Assembly (NCBI GenBank): GCA_964646255.1
Contig: CAZYDI010000001.1
Coordinates: 35,213-99,212 of the forward strand
Reading direction: 5' to 3'
Source: an uncultured Bacteroidales bacterium
GTDB taxonomy: Bacteria; Bacteroidota; Bacteroidia; Bacteroidales; UBA10428
DNA: 64,000 bases
Below, one piece after another: positions 49,491 through 58,848 of this stretch. Positions within the stretch are counted from its first letter, which is position 1. Each line of letters starts with the position of its first letter. Below the pieces are notes generated by a model. The model was not told the origin of the DNA. It ran no database searches and worked only from the letters and a program-made list of their open reading frames with translations. The position numbers were made by a program, and so were the translations under genes.

Positions 49491-50606
49491 ATGACACTGA
49501 ATTATGTGATCTGGAACGTTACCCCTCAAATTGTTGATTTTGGTAAGTTTGAAATTCGCTATTACAGCTTTTTGTTTGCCCTTGGGTTTGTGCTCGGCTA
49601 TTTTATACTGCTGAAGGTATTTAAAAAACAAGGCTTAACCATTGAATTGCTTGACCGGCTAACCATTTATATGGTAATCAGCACCATTATCGGGGCCCGT
49701 GTTGGCCATTGCCTCTTTTATGAGTTTGACTACTATATAAAACATCCGCTTGAAATAATTCTACCCTGGCGAGGCCAGCCGGGAGAGGATTTTGTGTTTA
49801 CCGGCTTTCAGGGACTGGCAAGTCATGGCGCGGCCATTGGCATAATCATTGGAATTATTCTTTTTGCCAGAAAAACCAAAACGGCTTTTTTCTGGACCAT
49901 GGACATGATTGTTATTGTTACTGCACTCGCAGGAGCATGCATCCGCATGGGCAACCTGATGAATTCCGAAATATATGGGAAACCTACCGGCACTGATAAA
50001 GGATATGTTTTTACCAACGATCTTACCACTGCATTAAAGCATAATTACACCGGCCTGATTGAGAAAATCAGCTATAAAAAGTCGGATTCAGTTAAGGTTG
50101 AAAAGGGAGTGCCGCTTACCATGGAAATAGTATTTTCAAGGAAAGTTAAGGAACAGCAAAAAGTTCAGCAGTTTGGTGACCACCTGCTGGCTGAAACATT
50201 CCAACGCTATAATTTCGATAACAATGTATTCCTGCCCCCGGGAAATGCCGTTACCTATGAAATTGAACGCCTTAATAACAGGAATTATGTCCTTACGGCT
50301 GGCATTGGCGGATTACCGAGGTATCCTACCCAGATTTATGAAGCTGCATGTTACCTGCTGATTTTTGTTGTGCTGCTGGCTTTGTTTTATTTGCTAGGAG
50401 ACAGGCGCAGGAATGGTTTTATCTTTGGTGTTTTCCTGATATTGCTTTTTACGGCAAGGTTTTTTATTGAGTTTATCAAAGAAAACCAGGAAAGTTTCGA
50501 GGAAGCCATGGCACTTAATATGGGCCAACTTCTCAGCATCCCGTTTGTTATTGCCGGTATAGCATTAATTGTCCTTAAATGGCCGGTTAAACCGGTATCA
50601 TCATGA
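49491..50606 (+). CDS. lgt: prolipoprotein diacylglyceryl transferase with an enlarged periplasmic insert
   Basis: FEIRYYSFLFALGF, GARVGHCLFYE, GLASHGAAIG, RMGNLMNSEIYG and PRYPTQIYEA. About 110 aa lie between the last two motifs. Confidence 0.85.
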   Translation: MTLNYVIWNVTPQIVDFGKFEIRYYSFLFALGFVLGYFILLKVFKKQGLTIELLDRLTIYMVISTIIGARVGHCLFYEFDYYIKHPLEIILPWRGQPGEDFVFTGFQGLASHGAAIGIIIGIILFARKTKTAFFWTMDMIVIVTALAGACIRMGNLMNSEIYGKPTGTDKGYVFTNDLTTALKHNYTGLIEKISYKKSDSVKVEKGVPLTMEIVFSRKVKEQQKVQQFGDHLLAETFQRYNFDNNVFLPPGNAVTYEIERLNNRNYVLTAGIGGLPRYPTQIYEAACYLLIFVVLLALFYLLGDRRRNGFIFGVFLILLFTARFFIEFIKENQESFEEAMALNMGQLLSIPFVIAGIALIVLKWPVKPVSS

Positions 50607-51523
50607 GTCATTCGCATCACCATAACCATCACCATCATCACGAAGCCAGCCGTCCTGAAAAGAGCCTGTTGTTTTCAACCCTCCTTAATCTTGTAGTTTC
50701 CATTGCAGAAGTAATTGGAGGACTTGTTTCAAACAGTCTCGCCCTCATCTCCGATGCACTCCATAATTTGGGCGATACCTCGGCATTATTTATTGCCTGG
50801 CTTGCCAACAGGGTAAGCCGAAGAAAGCAAAACACAAGAAAAACCTTCGGTTATAAAAGAATTGAGATTCTTGCAGCGCTGTTTAATGCCATTGTACTGG
50901 TTGTTATTATTGTTTACCTTTTTATTGAAGCATTTCAGCGACTTTCAAGCCCGGAACCAATAAAGGGACTGGTCATGTTTATTGTGGCAGTCATTGGCCT
51001 GATTGCCAATCTGACATCAGTTATTCTGTTGAGAAAATTCAAGCGCGATAACATCAACATAAGGGCTGCATATTTGCATTTACTGGGCGATACAATATCG
51101 TCAGTGATCGTAATCATCACGGCTGCGCTTATCTATTTTTACAACATATACTGGATAGATCCGCTGGTTACTTTCCTTCTTGGTATATACTTATTGAGGG
51201 AGACTTTCCTTATCCTGAAAGAAGCCCTTGATATCCTGATGCAGTTTACTCCTTCAGGTCTTGACCTGAACGATGTAAAGCTTTCACTGGAGGCCATTCC
51301 CGGAATAGAAAACATACACCACGTGCATGCCTGGAACCTGAATGACAAGGAAATCCATTTTGAATGTCATGTCGATCTTTCAAATGACATCCGCATCAGT
51401 GAAACCGAAACCATCAAGAACCTGGTGCAGAAAACACTGCTGAACAAATACAATGTAAATCACGTTACAATTCAGTATGAATACAACTGCTGCAGTGATA
51501 AAAACATTATTCACCCCGGTTGA
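50603..51523 (+). CDS. cation diffusion facilitator (CzcD/ZitB-like) transporter with a His-rich N-terminus
   Basis: MSHSHHHNHHHHHE. TM2 is SDALHNLGD and TM5 is HLLGD. Has a C-terminal cytoplasmic domain. The start overlaps the lgt stop (ATGA). Confidence 0.85.
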   Translation: MSHSHHHNHHHHHEASRPEKSLLFSTLLNLVVSIAEVIGGLVSNSLALISDALHNLGDTSALFIAWLANRVSRRKQNTRKTFGYKRIEILAALFNAIVLVVIIVYLFIEAFQRLSSPEPIKGLVMFIVAVIGLIANLTSVILLRKFKRDNINIRAAYLHLLGDTISSVIVIITAALIYFYNIYWIDPLVTFLLGIYLLRETFLILKEALDILMQFTPSGLDLNDVKLSLEAIPGIENIHHVHAWNLNDKEIHFECHVDLSNDIRISETETIKNLVQKTLLNKYNVNHVTIQYEYNCCSDKNIIHPG

Positions 51524-51541
51524 ATATTTAATTGACCTGTT

Positions 51542-51751
51542 ATGAACGAGGCTAAAATCAAAGTAAGCGGAATGAATTGCAACCATTGCAAAATCATCAT
51601 CGAAAACGGAATTTCAAAAATTCATGGAATTGAGTTAGCCACAGCCGACATTGTTAATGGTGAAGTAACAATTAAAGGTAAAGAGATCAACCTGGAGGAG
51701 GTGAAGGATACCATCGAGGATCTCGGGTATACTTACAGCGGTGAATTGTAA
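51542..51751 (+). CDS. heavy-metal-associated (CopZ-like) domain protein
   Basis: 69 aa. KVSGMNCNHCKIIIENGI (M-x-C-x-x-C). Confidence 0.75.
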   Translation: MNEAKIKVSGMNCNHCKIIIENGISKIHGIELATADIVNGEVTIKGKEINLEEVKDTIEDLGYTYSGEL

Positions 51752-51864
51752 CCATAACTCAGGTGATATTCTTTTATAAAATCCGATTATCTGATAGGGT
51801 TTATTAACGGGTTTTGTATATTTGCAGGCTCATATAATATCATATTTATCCTAATTTATATTTT

Positions 51865-52611
51865 ATGTATAAAATCGTTTTGCTGCGTCATGGTGAAAGC
51901 ACCTGGAATAAAGAAAACCGCTTTACCGGATGGACGGATGTTGATTTGAGTGAAAAGGGAATGGAAGAGGCCCGGAATGCCGGTAAAATTATGAAAGAAG
52001 CCGGTTATGAATTTGATGTTGCTTATGTATCTGTACTCAAACGTGCGATGAGAACCCTTTGGCTTGCACTGGAGGAAATGGATCAACTCTGGATCCCTTG
52101 GATCAAAACATGGCGCTTAAATGAACGCCATTACGGAGCTTTGCAAGGGCTGAATAAGGCTGAAACTGCTGCACTGCATGGTGATGAAAAGGTTAAGATC
52201 TGGAGACGCAGTTACGATGTACCGCCTCCCCCACTTGAAAGATCGGATCCCCGCTATCCGGGTAATCATCCCGCATATCGCAGCCTTCCTGCAAAAGACA
52301 TTCCCACTACTGAATGTCTCAAGGATACGGTTGACCGTTTTCTGCCTTATTGGCATGAAACCATTGTACCGGCCATTAAAGCAGGCAAAAGGATTATTAT
52401 TGCTGCCCACGGGAATAGCCTGCGCGCACTGGTAAAGTATCTCGACAATATGACCGAGGAAGAAGTTATCGAACTCAATATCCCTACCGGAACACCATTG
52501 GTGTATGAGCTTAACAATGAACTGAAGCCATTGAAGCATTATTACCTTGGCGATCAGGAAGCTATCAGGAAGGCTATGGATTCGGTTGCAAACCAGGGAA
52601 AGGCAAAGTAA
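51865..52611 (+). CDS. gpmA: 2,3-bisphosphoglycerate-dependent phosphoglycerate mutase
   Basis: [26 protein letters not shown] and [10 protein letters not shown]. Confidence 0.95.
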   Translation: MYKIVLLRHGESTWNKENRFTGWTDVDLSEKGMEEARNAGKIMKEAGYEFDVAYVSVLKRAMRTLWLALEEMDQLWIPWIKTWRLNERHYGALQGLNKAETAALHGDEKVKIWRRSYDVPPPPLERSDPRYPGNHPAYRSLPAKDIPTTECLKDTVDRFLPYWHETIVPAIKAGKRIIIAAHGNSLRALVKYLDNMTEEEVIELNIPTGTPLVYELNNELKPLKHYYLGDQEAIRKAMDSVANQGKAK

Positions 52612-52633
52612 ATATATCATTCACTGATTCATT

Positions 52634-52663
52634 AAGGGTGTAGAGCAATCACACCCTTTTTTT
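52634..52663 (+). terminator. rho-independent terminator of gpmA
   Basis: AAGGGTGT (52634-52641) pairs with ACACCCTT (52651-52658) and runs into T7. Confidence 0.8.
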
Positions 52664-52669
52664 ATTCCC

Positions 52670-52700
52670 CGTTTACCGACCGTTAAATGACGTTTACCGA
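52670..52700 (+). promoter_or_regulatory. phased decamer repeats CGTTTACCGA / CGTTAAATGA / CGTTTACCGA; candidate LytTR-regulator binding site
   Basis: Perfect 10-bp copies at 52670-52679 and 52691-52700 (21 bp start to start), with a 7/10 copy between them. They lie 30 bp upstream of a TAnnTTTG box and 64 bp upstream of the first gene of the LiaF-like/kinase/LytTR operon. Confidence 0.45.
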
Positions 52701-52730
52701 TTTCTCTGCCTGCAGGTTATCAAATCTTCT

Positions 52731-52738
52731 TACATTTG
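52731..52738 (+). promoter_or_regulatory. candidate -7 box TACATTTG for the LiaF-like/kinase/LytTR operon
   Basis: Exact TAnnTTTG, 25 nt before the ATG at 52764. There is no -33 TTG, consistent with activator dependence. Confidence 0.4.
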
Positions 52739-52763
52739 ATCTGTTAATTAAAAACGAATTCTT

Positions 52764-53549
52764 ATGGAAGTAAATGATATGAGAGATCGCGAGAGCAAAA
52801 GACGGTTTCAACACCACAGGGTAGGCGGTTGCTGCTCATCCGACAGGCATTCTGATAAAAGACTGTGGATGGGTATTGCCATCATTTTGCTGGGAGTGGT
52901 GCTCCTGGGTAATAACCTTAATTTCCTTTCCTATGATATGCGAAGGTACCTGTTAACCTGGGAAAACATACTGATTCTGCTGGGCCTTGTTTTCTTTTTT
53001 GGAAAAGGAAACAGGACAACCGGGATCTTATTGTTCGTAATCGGTGCCATATTTTATATGAAAAACGTTCTGAACCTCATCGACTTCAATTTCTGGTCAT
53101 TGTTCTGGCCCGGCTTATTGATTCTGATGGGCATACTCATGATTTTCAGGCATCAGCTCGATGGCAGTACGGAAAAAAAAAGTACAGCAGGTAACGAAGA
53201 CATTATCGACGAAATAGCGGTATTTGGGGGCGGCGATCGCCTGGTTGCATCACAAAATTTTCAGGGTGGCAAGGTAACAACAGTTTTTGGCGGCCTTAAT
53301 TTTAATATGTTACAGGCTAAAATGGCCCCGGGTGATAATGTTTTGGATGTGTTTTGTTTGTTCGGCGGAATGAAACTAATTGTTCCCGAAGGATGGAATG
53401 TTAAAATACAGGTATTCTCACTTTTTGGCGGATTTAGCGACAAGCACCGGTTCCGGCTATCCAACAATACACCCGATCAGGGATCCCAATTGATCATTAA
53501 AGGAACCGTGTTTTTTGGCGGAGGTGAAATAAAAAGCTATTTCGACTAA
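52764..53549 (+). CDS. LiaF/YvqF-like membrane protein (cell-envelope stress module)
   Basis: Four to five TM segments, then repeated beta-strand units VFGGGDRLV / TVFGGLNFNM / CLFGGMKLIVPEGWNV / SLFGGFSD / VFFGGGEI. Confidence 0.6.
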   Translation: MEVNDMRDRESKRRFQHHRVGGCCSSDRHSDKRLWMGIAIILLGVVLLGNNLNFLSYDMRRYLLTWENILILLGLVFFFGKGNRTTGILLFVIGAIFYMKNVLNLIDFNFWSLFWPGLLILMGILMIFRHQLDGSTEKKSTAGNEDIIDEIAVFGGGDRLVASQNFQGGKVTTVFGGLNFNMLQAKMAPGDNVLDVFCLFGGMKLIVPEGWNVKIQVFSLFGGFSDKHRFRLSNNTPDQGSQLIIKGTVFFGGGEIKSYFD

Positions 53550-53572
53550 TGCTGTTGCTTATCTGACACCCT

Positions 53573-54622
53573 ATGCAAAACCCTATCCTCAACAACAGAA
53601 AAAGCCTCACCTATTACCTGACATTATGGACCATTGTTATAATTGTCCATATTGTCCTGCTCAGGATTTCTGCATCAATAACATTGGGCGCTGCGGTTGT
53701 GGATTCGCTGATTTTTAACCTGCTTTTTTCTGCCATTGGGGTGGGACTTTGGTTTCCCATATTCTTCAGCAGGTCAGAGGGTGAAAGCCTTATCAGTGTT
53801 ATCATTAACAATGTGGTAGGTGGGATCATAGCGGTTAGTTTCTGGTTGGGCATATCCTATTTTTTGCTTACCTCCCTGCTCCACAATGAACCTTCCTACC
53901 TGCAATTTTTGCAGGCATCCGTTCCATGGCGCTCCGGAATTGGCTTTCTCTATTATGAGGTTCTTATTTTGGTTTATTATCTGATCATTTATTACCGAAA
54001 CCTTGAGGAAAACAAGCTTAAAGAGGCAGAATTAAAAGCCCTGGTCAAGGAGTCTCAGCTCAATTCCCTTAAATCACAAATAAATCCGCATTTTTTGTTT
54101 AACAGCCTTAATTCCATAAGTTCCTTAACCATGATTGAACCCGGCAAGGCGCAGGAAATGATTATTAAACTATCGGAATTCCTCAGGTACACTACCTCTC
54201 AAAAAGAGGAGAAACTTACTACACTTGAGGAAGAACTAAATAATATCAACCGGTACCTGGATATCGAAAAAATAAGGTTTGGCAAACGCCTGCTTGTTAA
54301 ACAAACAATGGCAGAACCATGCCATCAGCTCAAACTCCCCGGCCTCATTCTTCAACCTTTGCTTGAAAATGCAGTGAAATACGGGGTATACGAAAGTACC
54401 GAGGAATCAACCATCGAAGTAATTTGCACTTGCAACTCCTCGGCCCTGAGCATTATAGTAAGGAATCAATGGGATCCTGATTTTCAGCTCAACAAGGGGG
54501 AGGGAATAGGCCTTAAAAACATCCGCAGCCGGCTCAGGATCATCTATAACAGGGATGACCTGTTTATTGTCCGGAAGGACCAGAAGTTTTTTGAAGTGAA
54601 TATCGTTTTTCCACAGTCTTAA
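53573..54622 (+). CDS. LytS/YehU-type sensor histidine kinase
   Basis: Multi-TM N-terminus, His_kinase motif INPHFLFNSLNSI and HATPase region LLENAVKYG...GEGIGLKN. Confidence 0.85.
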   Translation: MQNPILNNRKSLTYYLTLWTIVIIVHIVLLRISASITLGAAVVDSLIFNLLFSAIGVGLWFPIFFSRSEGESLISVIINNVVGGIIAVSFWLGISYFLLTSLLHNEPSYLQFLQASVPWRSGIGFLYYEVLILVYYLIIYYRNLEENKLKEAELKALVKESQLNSLKSQINPHFLFNSLNSISSLTMIEPGKAQEMIIKLSEFLRYTTSQKEEKLTTLEEELNNINRYLDIEKIRFGKRLLVKQTMAEPCHQLKLPGLILQPLLENAVKYGVYESTEESTIEVICTCNSSALSIIVRNQWDPDFQLNKGEGIGLKNIRSRLRIIYNRDDLFIVRKDQKFFEVNIVFPQS

Positions 54623-54628
54623 ACATCT

Positions 54629-55381
54629 ATGCATATGAATGCGGTAAATGCCCTGATCATTGACGACGAACAACTGGCAAGAGAACTGATTAAAAATTAC
54701 CTGAAAGACTTTCCCCAGGTTAATATTGTAGGGGAATGCGAAAATGGCTTCGACGGGGTGCTTCAAATAGGCCAGTTAAAACCCGATTTGGTATTTCTGG
54801 ATATTCAAATGCCAAAGCTGAATGGATTCGAAATGCTCGAGATTATTGAAAATCCGCCTGAAATTATTTTTATCACCGCGCACAATGAGCATGCAATAAA
54901 GGCTTTTGAAATGAATGCAATTGATTACCTGCTCAAGCCCTATTCGCGTGAACGCCTTCATGCTGCCGTGAAAAAAGCCATCGACAAAATCAAGGCTCCG
55001 GGACCAAGGGAGAGCAGGATTAACCAGTTGCTCCAGCAAACACCTTCCGAAAAGCTCGAAAGAATTGTAGTGAAAACAGGATCCAAAATAAAGGTTATTC
55101 CCGTGGATAAAATAAACTACCTCGAAGCCCAGGATGATTATATTATGATATATACCGATGAGGGAAAACACCTGAAACAGGGAACAATGAAATACTATGA
55201 AGATCATCTCGATAATACCAGGTTCATCAGGGTCCACCGGTCATATATCGTAAAAATGGACCAGGTGGTTCAGCTTGAACCTTATGCAAGGGATAATTAC
55301 GTTATTAAACTGAAAAACGGAACTGCTTTGAAAATCAGCAGAAGCGGCCTGAAGAATCTGAAAGACAAATTTAATTTCTAG
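54629..55381 (+). CDS. LytR/AlgR family response regulator (receiver + LytTR DNA-binding domain)
   Basis: LIIDDE, DLVFLDIQMPKLNG and the LytTR part IPVDKINYLEAQDDYIMIYT...FIRVHRSYIV. Confidence 0.9.
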   Translation: MHMNAVNALIIDDEQLARELIKNYLKDFPQVNIVGECENGFDGVLQIGQLKPDLVFLDIQMPKLNGFEMLEIIENPPEIIFITAHNEHAIKAFEMNAIDYLLKPYSRERLHAAVKKAIDKIKAPGPRESRINQLLQQTPSEKLERIVVKTGSKIKVIPVDKINYLEAQDDYIMIYTDEGKHLKQGTMKYYEDHLDNTRFIRVHRSYIVKMDQVVQLEPYARDNYVIKLKNGTALKISRSGLKNLKDKFNF

Positions 55382-56510
55382 TTTGCCTTATCAGCGCCGA
55401 AAGTTTTAGCCCCAGATCAAGAAAAATAATCCTTCCGTTGCCATTTCGCTCTATATCGCGTATGGCATAATTAAGTTCATTGGTAAGCCCCACTACATTG
55501 GCTCCGTTTACAAAGGGTGAAAAATCACGCGTAAACTTTGATTCCTTTTGGGCAAAAAACTGGATATCCCCTTCTTCAAAATGCAAGGCCATGCACTCCC
55601 GTATGGTGCGTAAACCATATTCAAGAAAAGATTTCTGCTTCTCGCGGGTAAGGGCCGACAGGTTCTCGGCATGCTTAATAATCTCCGGAATGCTTGGTTT
55701 ATAACAACTACGCATCAGTTCCCTGAAATTATCGAAAAACAACGCCGAATCACCTTCTTCTTCAATAATGTTAAGCGCTTTAAGGTAATTGCCTTCAGCC
55801 AGCCTGGTAACCTCATTCGCATTCTCAACCTCCATCTGATGATGTTCGGAAAGATGCGCAAAAAGATCAGCGTCCGTTATCCTGGGAACCTTAATCTGAA
55901 TACACCGTGAACGAATGGTTCCCAAAAGCTGGTCAGGATTGTCACAAATGAGCAAAAATACAGTCATGGGCGGCGGTTCCTCGAGCAGTTTCAATAACAT
56001 ATTTGCCGAAGCGTCATTCATTTTTTCGGGATGCCATATAATCAATATTTTATAATCCGATTCGAATGATTTAAGCGACATTTTCGCCGCAATTTTTTTG
56101 CTTTCTTCTTTGTCTATCTTCCCCTGCTTATTATCAAGGTCAATAAAATCGTACCATTGTATCAGGCTGCCATAGGGATTCTGCTGCAGGAACTCGCGCC
56201 AATACGAAATCAGGTCATCGCTGGTAATGTTGTCCCTGTCCGCCGCCTTTATTCTGTTTACAGGCATTACAAAATGAAGGTCAGGATGAATATACTTCGA
56301 AGTTTTTTTGCACGCAGCACACATCCCACAGGAATCCCCTGCAGACCGGTTTGTACACAATATAAATGAAGCAAAGGCAAGTGAAACGGGCAAACTACCG
56401 GTACCTTCCTCACCAAAAAAAAGCCAGGCATGACTTAAACGATCTTCATATACGGTTTTCACCAACCTGCTTTTAAGTAAATCCTGACCTATAATATCCT
56501 TGAATTGCAT
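55371..56510 (-). CDS. holB: DNA polymerase III subunit delta'
   Basis: LSHAWLFFGEEGTG, Zn-module CGMCAACK, LLKLLEEPP and TIRSRC. Confidence 0.85.
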   Translation of the reverse strand: MQFKDIIGQDLLKSRLVKTVYEDRLSHAWLFFGEEGTGSLPVSLAFASFILCTNRSAGDSCGMCAACKKTSKYIHPDLHFVMPVNRIKAADRDNITSDDLISYWREFLQQNPYGSLIQWYDFIDLDNKQGKIDKEESKKIAAKMSLKSFESDYKILIIWHPEKMNDASANMLLKLLEEPPPMTVFLLICDNPDQLLGTIRSRCIQIKVPRITDADLFAHLSEHHQMEVENANEVTRLAEGNYLKALNIIEEEGDSALFFDNFRELMRSCYKPSIPEIIKHAENLSALTREKQKSFLEYGLRTIRECMALHFEEGDIQFFAQKESKFTRDFSPFVNGANVVGLTNELNYAIRDIERNGNGRIIFLDLGLKLSALIRQTRN

Positions 56511-56611
56511 AATTCGTAAATCGTGGTAAAGCTTTTAAAAATAAGCCTTTGCCAAAGGTAAATAAAAATATTTTTTATCTTTGCTCAATTATTAACTCAA
56601 CACAAATCAAC

Positions 56612-57874
56612 ATGCAAACGATAGATAAATTCAGCTTTAAAGGGAAAAAAGCCATTGTCAGGGTAGATTTTAATGTGCCGCTCGACAAGAAAACCTTTGA
56701 AGTTACGGATGACACCCGTATCAGGGGTGCTCTTCCCACCATCAGGAAAATACTTAGCGACGGAGGCAGTGCCATTCTTATGTCGCATCTTGGCCGCCCG
56801 GATGGTGTACCACAAGACAAATATTCCCTTAAACATGTGATTCCTGCACTGGAGAAACTTGTTGGTCAGAAAGTAAAATTTGCTGATGATTGTGTTGGTG
56901 AATCTGCTGTATCATTGGCAAAAGAATTAAAATCAGGGGAAATTCTGTTGCTCGAAAACTTGCGGTTTTACCTTGAAGAAGAAGGTAAGCCTAAATTACC
57001 GGAAAATGTTACGGATGAAGAAAAAAAGGCTGCCAAGGATGCCCTTAAAAAGAAACAGAAAGACTTTACGGCTAAGCTGGCCTCCTTTGCCGATTGCTAT
57101 GTTAACGATGCTTTTGGCACTGCCCACAGGGCTCATGCATCCACAGCGCTTATTGCCGACCTGTTCTCCGATGAAAATAAGATGTTCGGTTTCCTCATTG
57201 TTGCCGAGCTCGAAGCTATGGACAAGGTGTTGAAATCAGCCAAAAAGCCTTTCACAGCCATCATGGGCGGCGCAAAAGTTTCCGATAAAATTCTTGTTAT
57301 TGAAAATCTGCTGCCCCGGATCGATAACCTGATTATTGGCGGCGGAATGACCTATACTTTCATTAAGGCAAAAGGAGGAAAAATTGGTAATTCATTATGC
57401 GAAGCGGATAAACTCGACCTTGCTCTAAGTATTCTGGAGAAAGCAAAAAGCAACAACGTTAAGGTATACCTGCCTGTTGATGCAGTGAATGCCGATAAAT
57501 TTGATGCAGAAGCTGCCACATCCAAATCAGCGGTTGATCAAACCCCTGATGGATGGATGGGTCTCGATATCGGAGAAGAAACGGTTAAAACTTTTTCTGA
57601 AATTATAGGCAACTCCCAAACCATTCTTTGGAACGGACCAATGGGTGTGTTTGAAATGCCAAAGTTTGCCAACGGAACATCTGCCGTTGCCAAAGCCATT
57701 GCTGAGGCAACCGGTAAAGGCGCATTCAGCCTTATAGGCGGGGGCGACTCTGTTGCAGCCATCAACAAGAATAAGCTGGCTGACAAGGTGAGTTACGTTT
57801 CCACCGGCGGTGGAGCTATGCTTGAATATATCGAAGGTAAAGAATTACCTGGCATCAAGGCCATTCGTAAGTAA
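56612..57874 (+). CDS. pgk: phosphoglycerate kinase
   Basis: The start is taken at [35 protein letters not shown] and STGGGA. Confidence 0.95.
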   Translation: MQTIDKFSFKGKKAIVRVDFNVPLDKKTFEVTDDTRIRGALPTIRKILSDGGSAILMSHLGRPDGVPQDKYSLKHVIPALEKLVGQKVKFADDCVGESAVSLAKELKSGEILLLENLRFYLEEEGKPKLPENVTDEEKKAAKDALKKKQKDFTAKLASFADCYVNDAFGTAHRAHASTALIADLFSDENKMFGFLIVAELEAMDKVLKSAKKPFTAIMGGAKVSDKILVIENLLPRIDNLIIGGGMTYTFIKAKGGKIGNSLCEADKLDLALSILEKAKSNNVKVYLPVDAVNADKFDAEAATSKSAVDQTPDGWMGLDIGEETVKTFSEIIGNSQTILWNGPMGVFEMPKFANGTSAVAKAIAEATGKGAFSLIGGGDSVAAINKNKLADKVSYVSTGGGAMLEYIEGKELPGIKAIRK

Positions 57875-57895
57875 TCAGCCTTCGATTATTCCGGT

Positions 57896-57944
57896 TAATG
57901 CCCGTTTTGATCGTCGAAGTCAAACGGGCATTATCGTTATTTTT
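57896..57944 (+). terminator. rho-independent terminator of pgk
   Basis: A 14-bp stem with one bulge: TAATGCCCGTTTTGA (57896-57910) pairs with TCAAACGGGCATTA (57920-57933), followed by a T-rich tract. Confidence 0.8.
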
Positions 57945-57981
57945 ATAGTGTTCATCTGTGTTTTACCCCAAAATAATTCCT

Positions 57982-58803
57982 ATGAAAGAATTTAAAATTT
58001 GCATTCTTGGAGGTGGAAATCTCGGAACATCATTGGCTAAAGGCTTGATAAATTCCGGCCTCTATTCCGATAAAGACATCATCATTACAGAAAAACGCGA
58101 TTCGAGGTTGAGTTATCTCAAATCCCAGGGTTTCCAGGTAAGCGAAAACAACCGCGACGCTGTTCATCGTTCCGGTACTGTTGTAATATCAGTTAAGCCA
58201 CAGCAATTTAAAGCACTTGCCGAGGAAATAAAAGACGCTGTCAGCGATCATATCCTCATATCCACGGTTACCGGTGTTGTTTTCAGGGACATTGAAAATA
58301 TCGTAGGAAAAATACCGATGCTTCGGATAATGCCCAACACAGCCCTTGAGATATGCGAATCGATGACATGCATTGCCTTCAACAATACAACACCCAACCA
58401 GGAATCAATGATGTTGTCAATGTTTGAAAAAATGGGGAAAGCACTGGTAATTCCCGAAGATATGATGGACGCTGCCACAGTGGTGGGTGCATGCGGAATT
58501 GCTTTTGCCCTCCGCTTTATGCGCGCTATGTCACAAGGGGGAATCGAAATCGGTTTTAACTCCGAAATGTCGCAGCTGATAACTGCCCAGACGGTTAAAG
58601 GTGCTGCACAGTTAATTGTTGAAACGAGCAATCATCCTGAAAGGGAAATTGACAAGGTTACTACGCCCCAGGGAATCACCATTTCCGGCCTGAATGAAAT
58701 GGAGCATCAGGGCCTGAGCTCGGCTGTTATCAGGGGCCTGATTACCTCATACAACAAGTTGCTTAACCTGGAAACGCGGTCACACAAAATCGCGCATAAT
58801 TAG
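57982..58803 (+). CDS. proC: pyrroline-5-carboxylate reductase
   Basis: MKEFKICILGGGNLG, VKPQQF and TTPQGITISGL. Confidence 0.85.
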   Translation: MKEFKICILGGGNLGTSLAKGLINSGLYSDKDIIITEKRDSRLSYLKSQGFQVSENNRDAVHRSGTVVISVKPQQFKALAEEIKDAVSDHILISTVTGVVFRDIENIVGKIPMLRIMPNTALEICESMTCIAFNNTTPNQESMMLSMFEKMGKALVIPEDMMDAATVVGACGIAFALRFMRAMSQGGIEIGFNSEMSQLITAQTVKGAAQLIVETSNHPEREIDKVTTPQGITISGLNEMEHQGLSSAVIRGLITSYNKLLNLETRSHKIAHN

Positions 58804-58824
58804 GCAGCGCATCAGTTTTTAGCA

Positions 58825-58832
58825 TACTTTTG
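58825..58832 (+). promoter_or_regulatory. candidate -7 box TACTTTTG for cysE-cysK
   Basis: Exact TAnnTTTG, 16 nt before the cysE ATG. No -33 TTG found. Confidence 0.3.
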
Positions 58833-58848
58833 ACAGATATTCGTCATT

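Noticed and set aside
50387-50641. Minus-strand ORF beginning MMMVMVMVMRMT
   Set aside because: It is the reverse-complement shadow of the His-run (CAT/CAC repeats) at the start of the CDF transporter, and it overlaps the lgt 3' end. It is not a gene.
53173-53181. A9/T9 homopolymer tracts in coding regions (53173-53181 in the LiaF-like gene, 45168-45176 in trmB/ATL, T8 at 10913-10920 and around 30113-30120) as slipped-strand phase-variation switches
   Set aside because: All of them encode lysine runs in a moderately AT-rich genome, and similar tracts occur in housekeeping genes (rimM, trmB). Without population data there is no evidence of length variation.
56990-57080. A lysine/glutamate-rich ~25-aa insertion in Pgk ([35 protein letters not shown])
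   Set aside because: From memory, Bacteroidota Pgk proteins (~420 aa) generally carry this insertion. It is a lineage trait, not a peculiarity of this locus.
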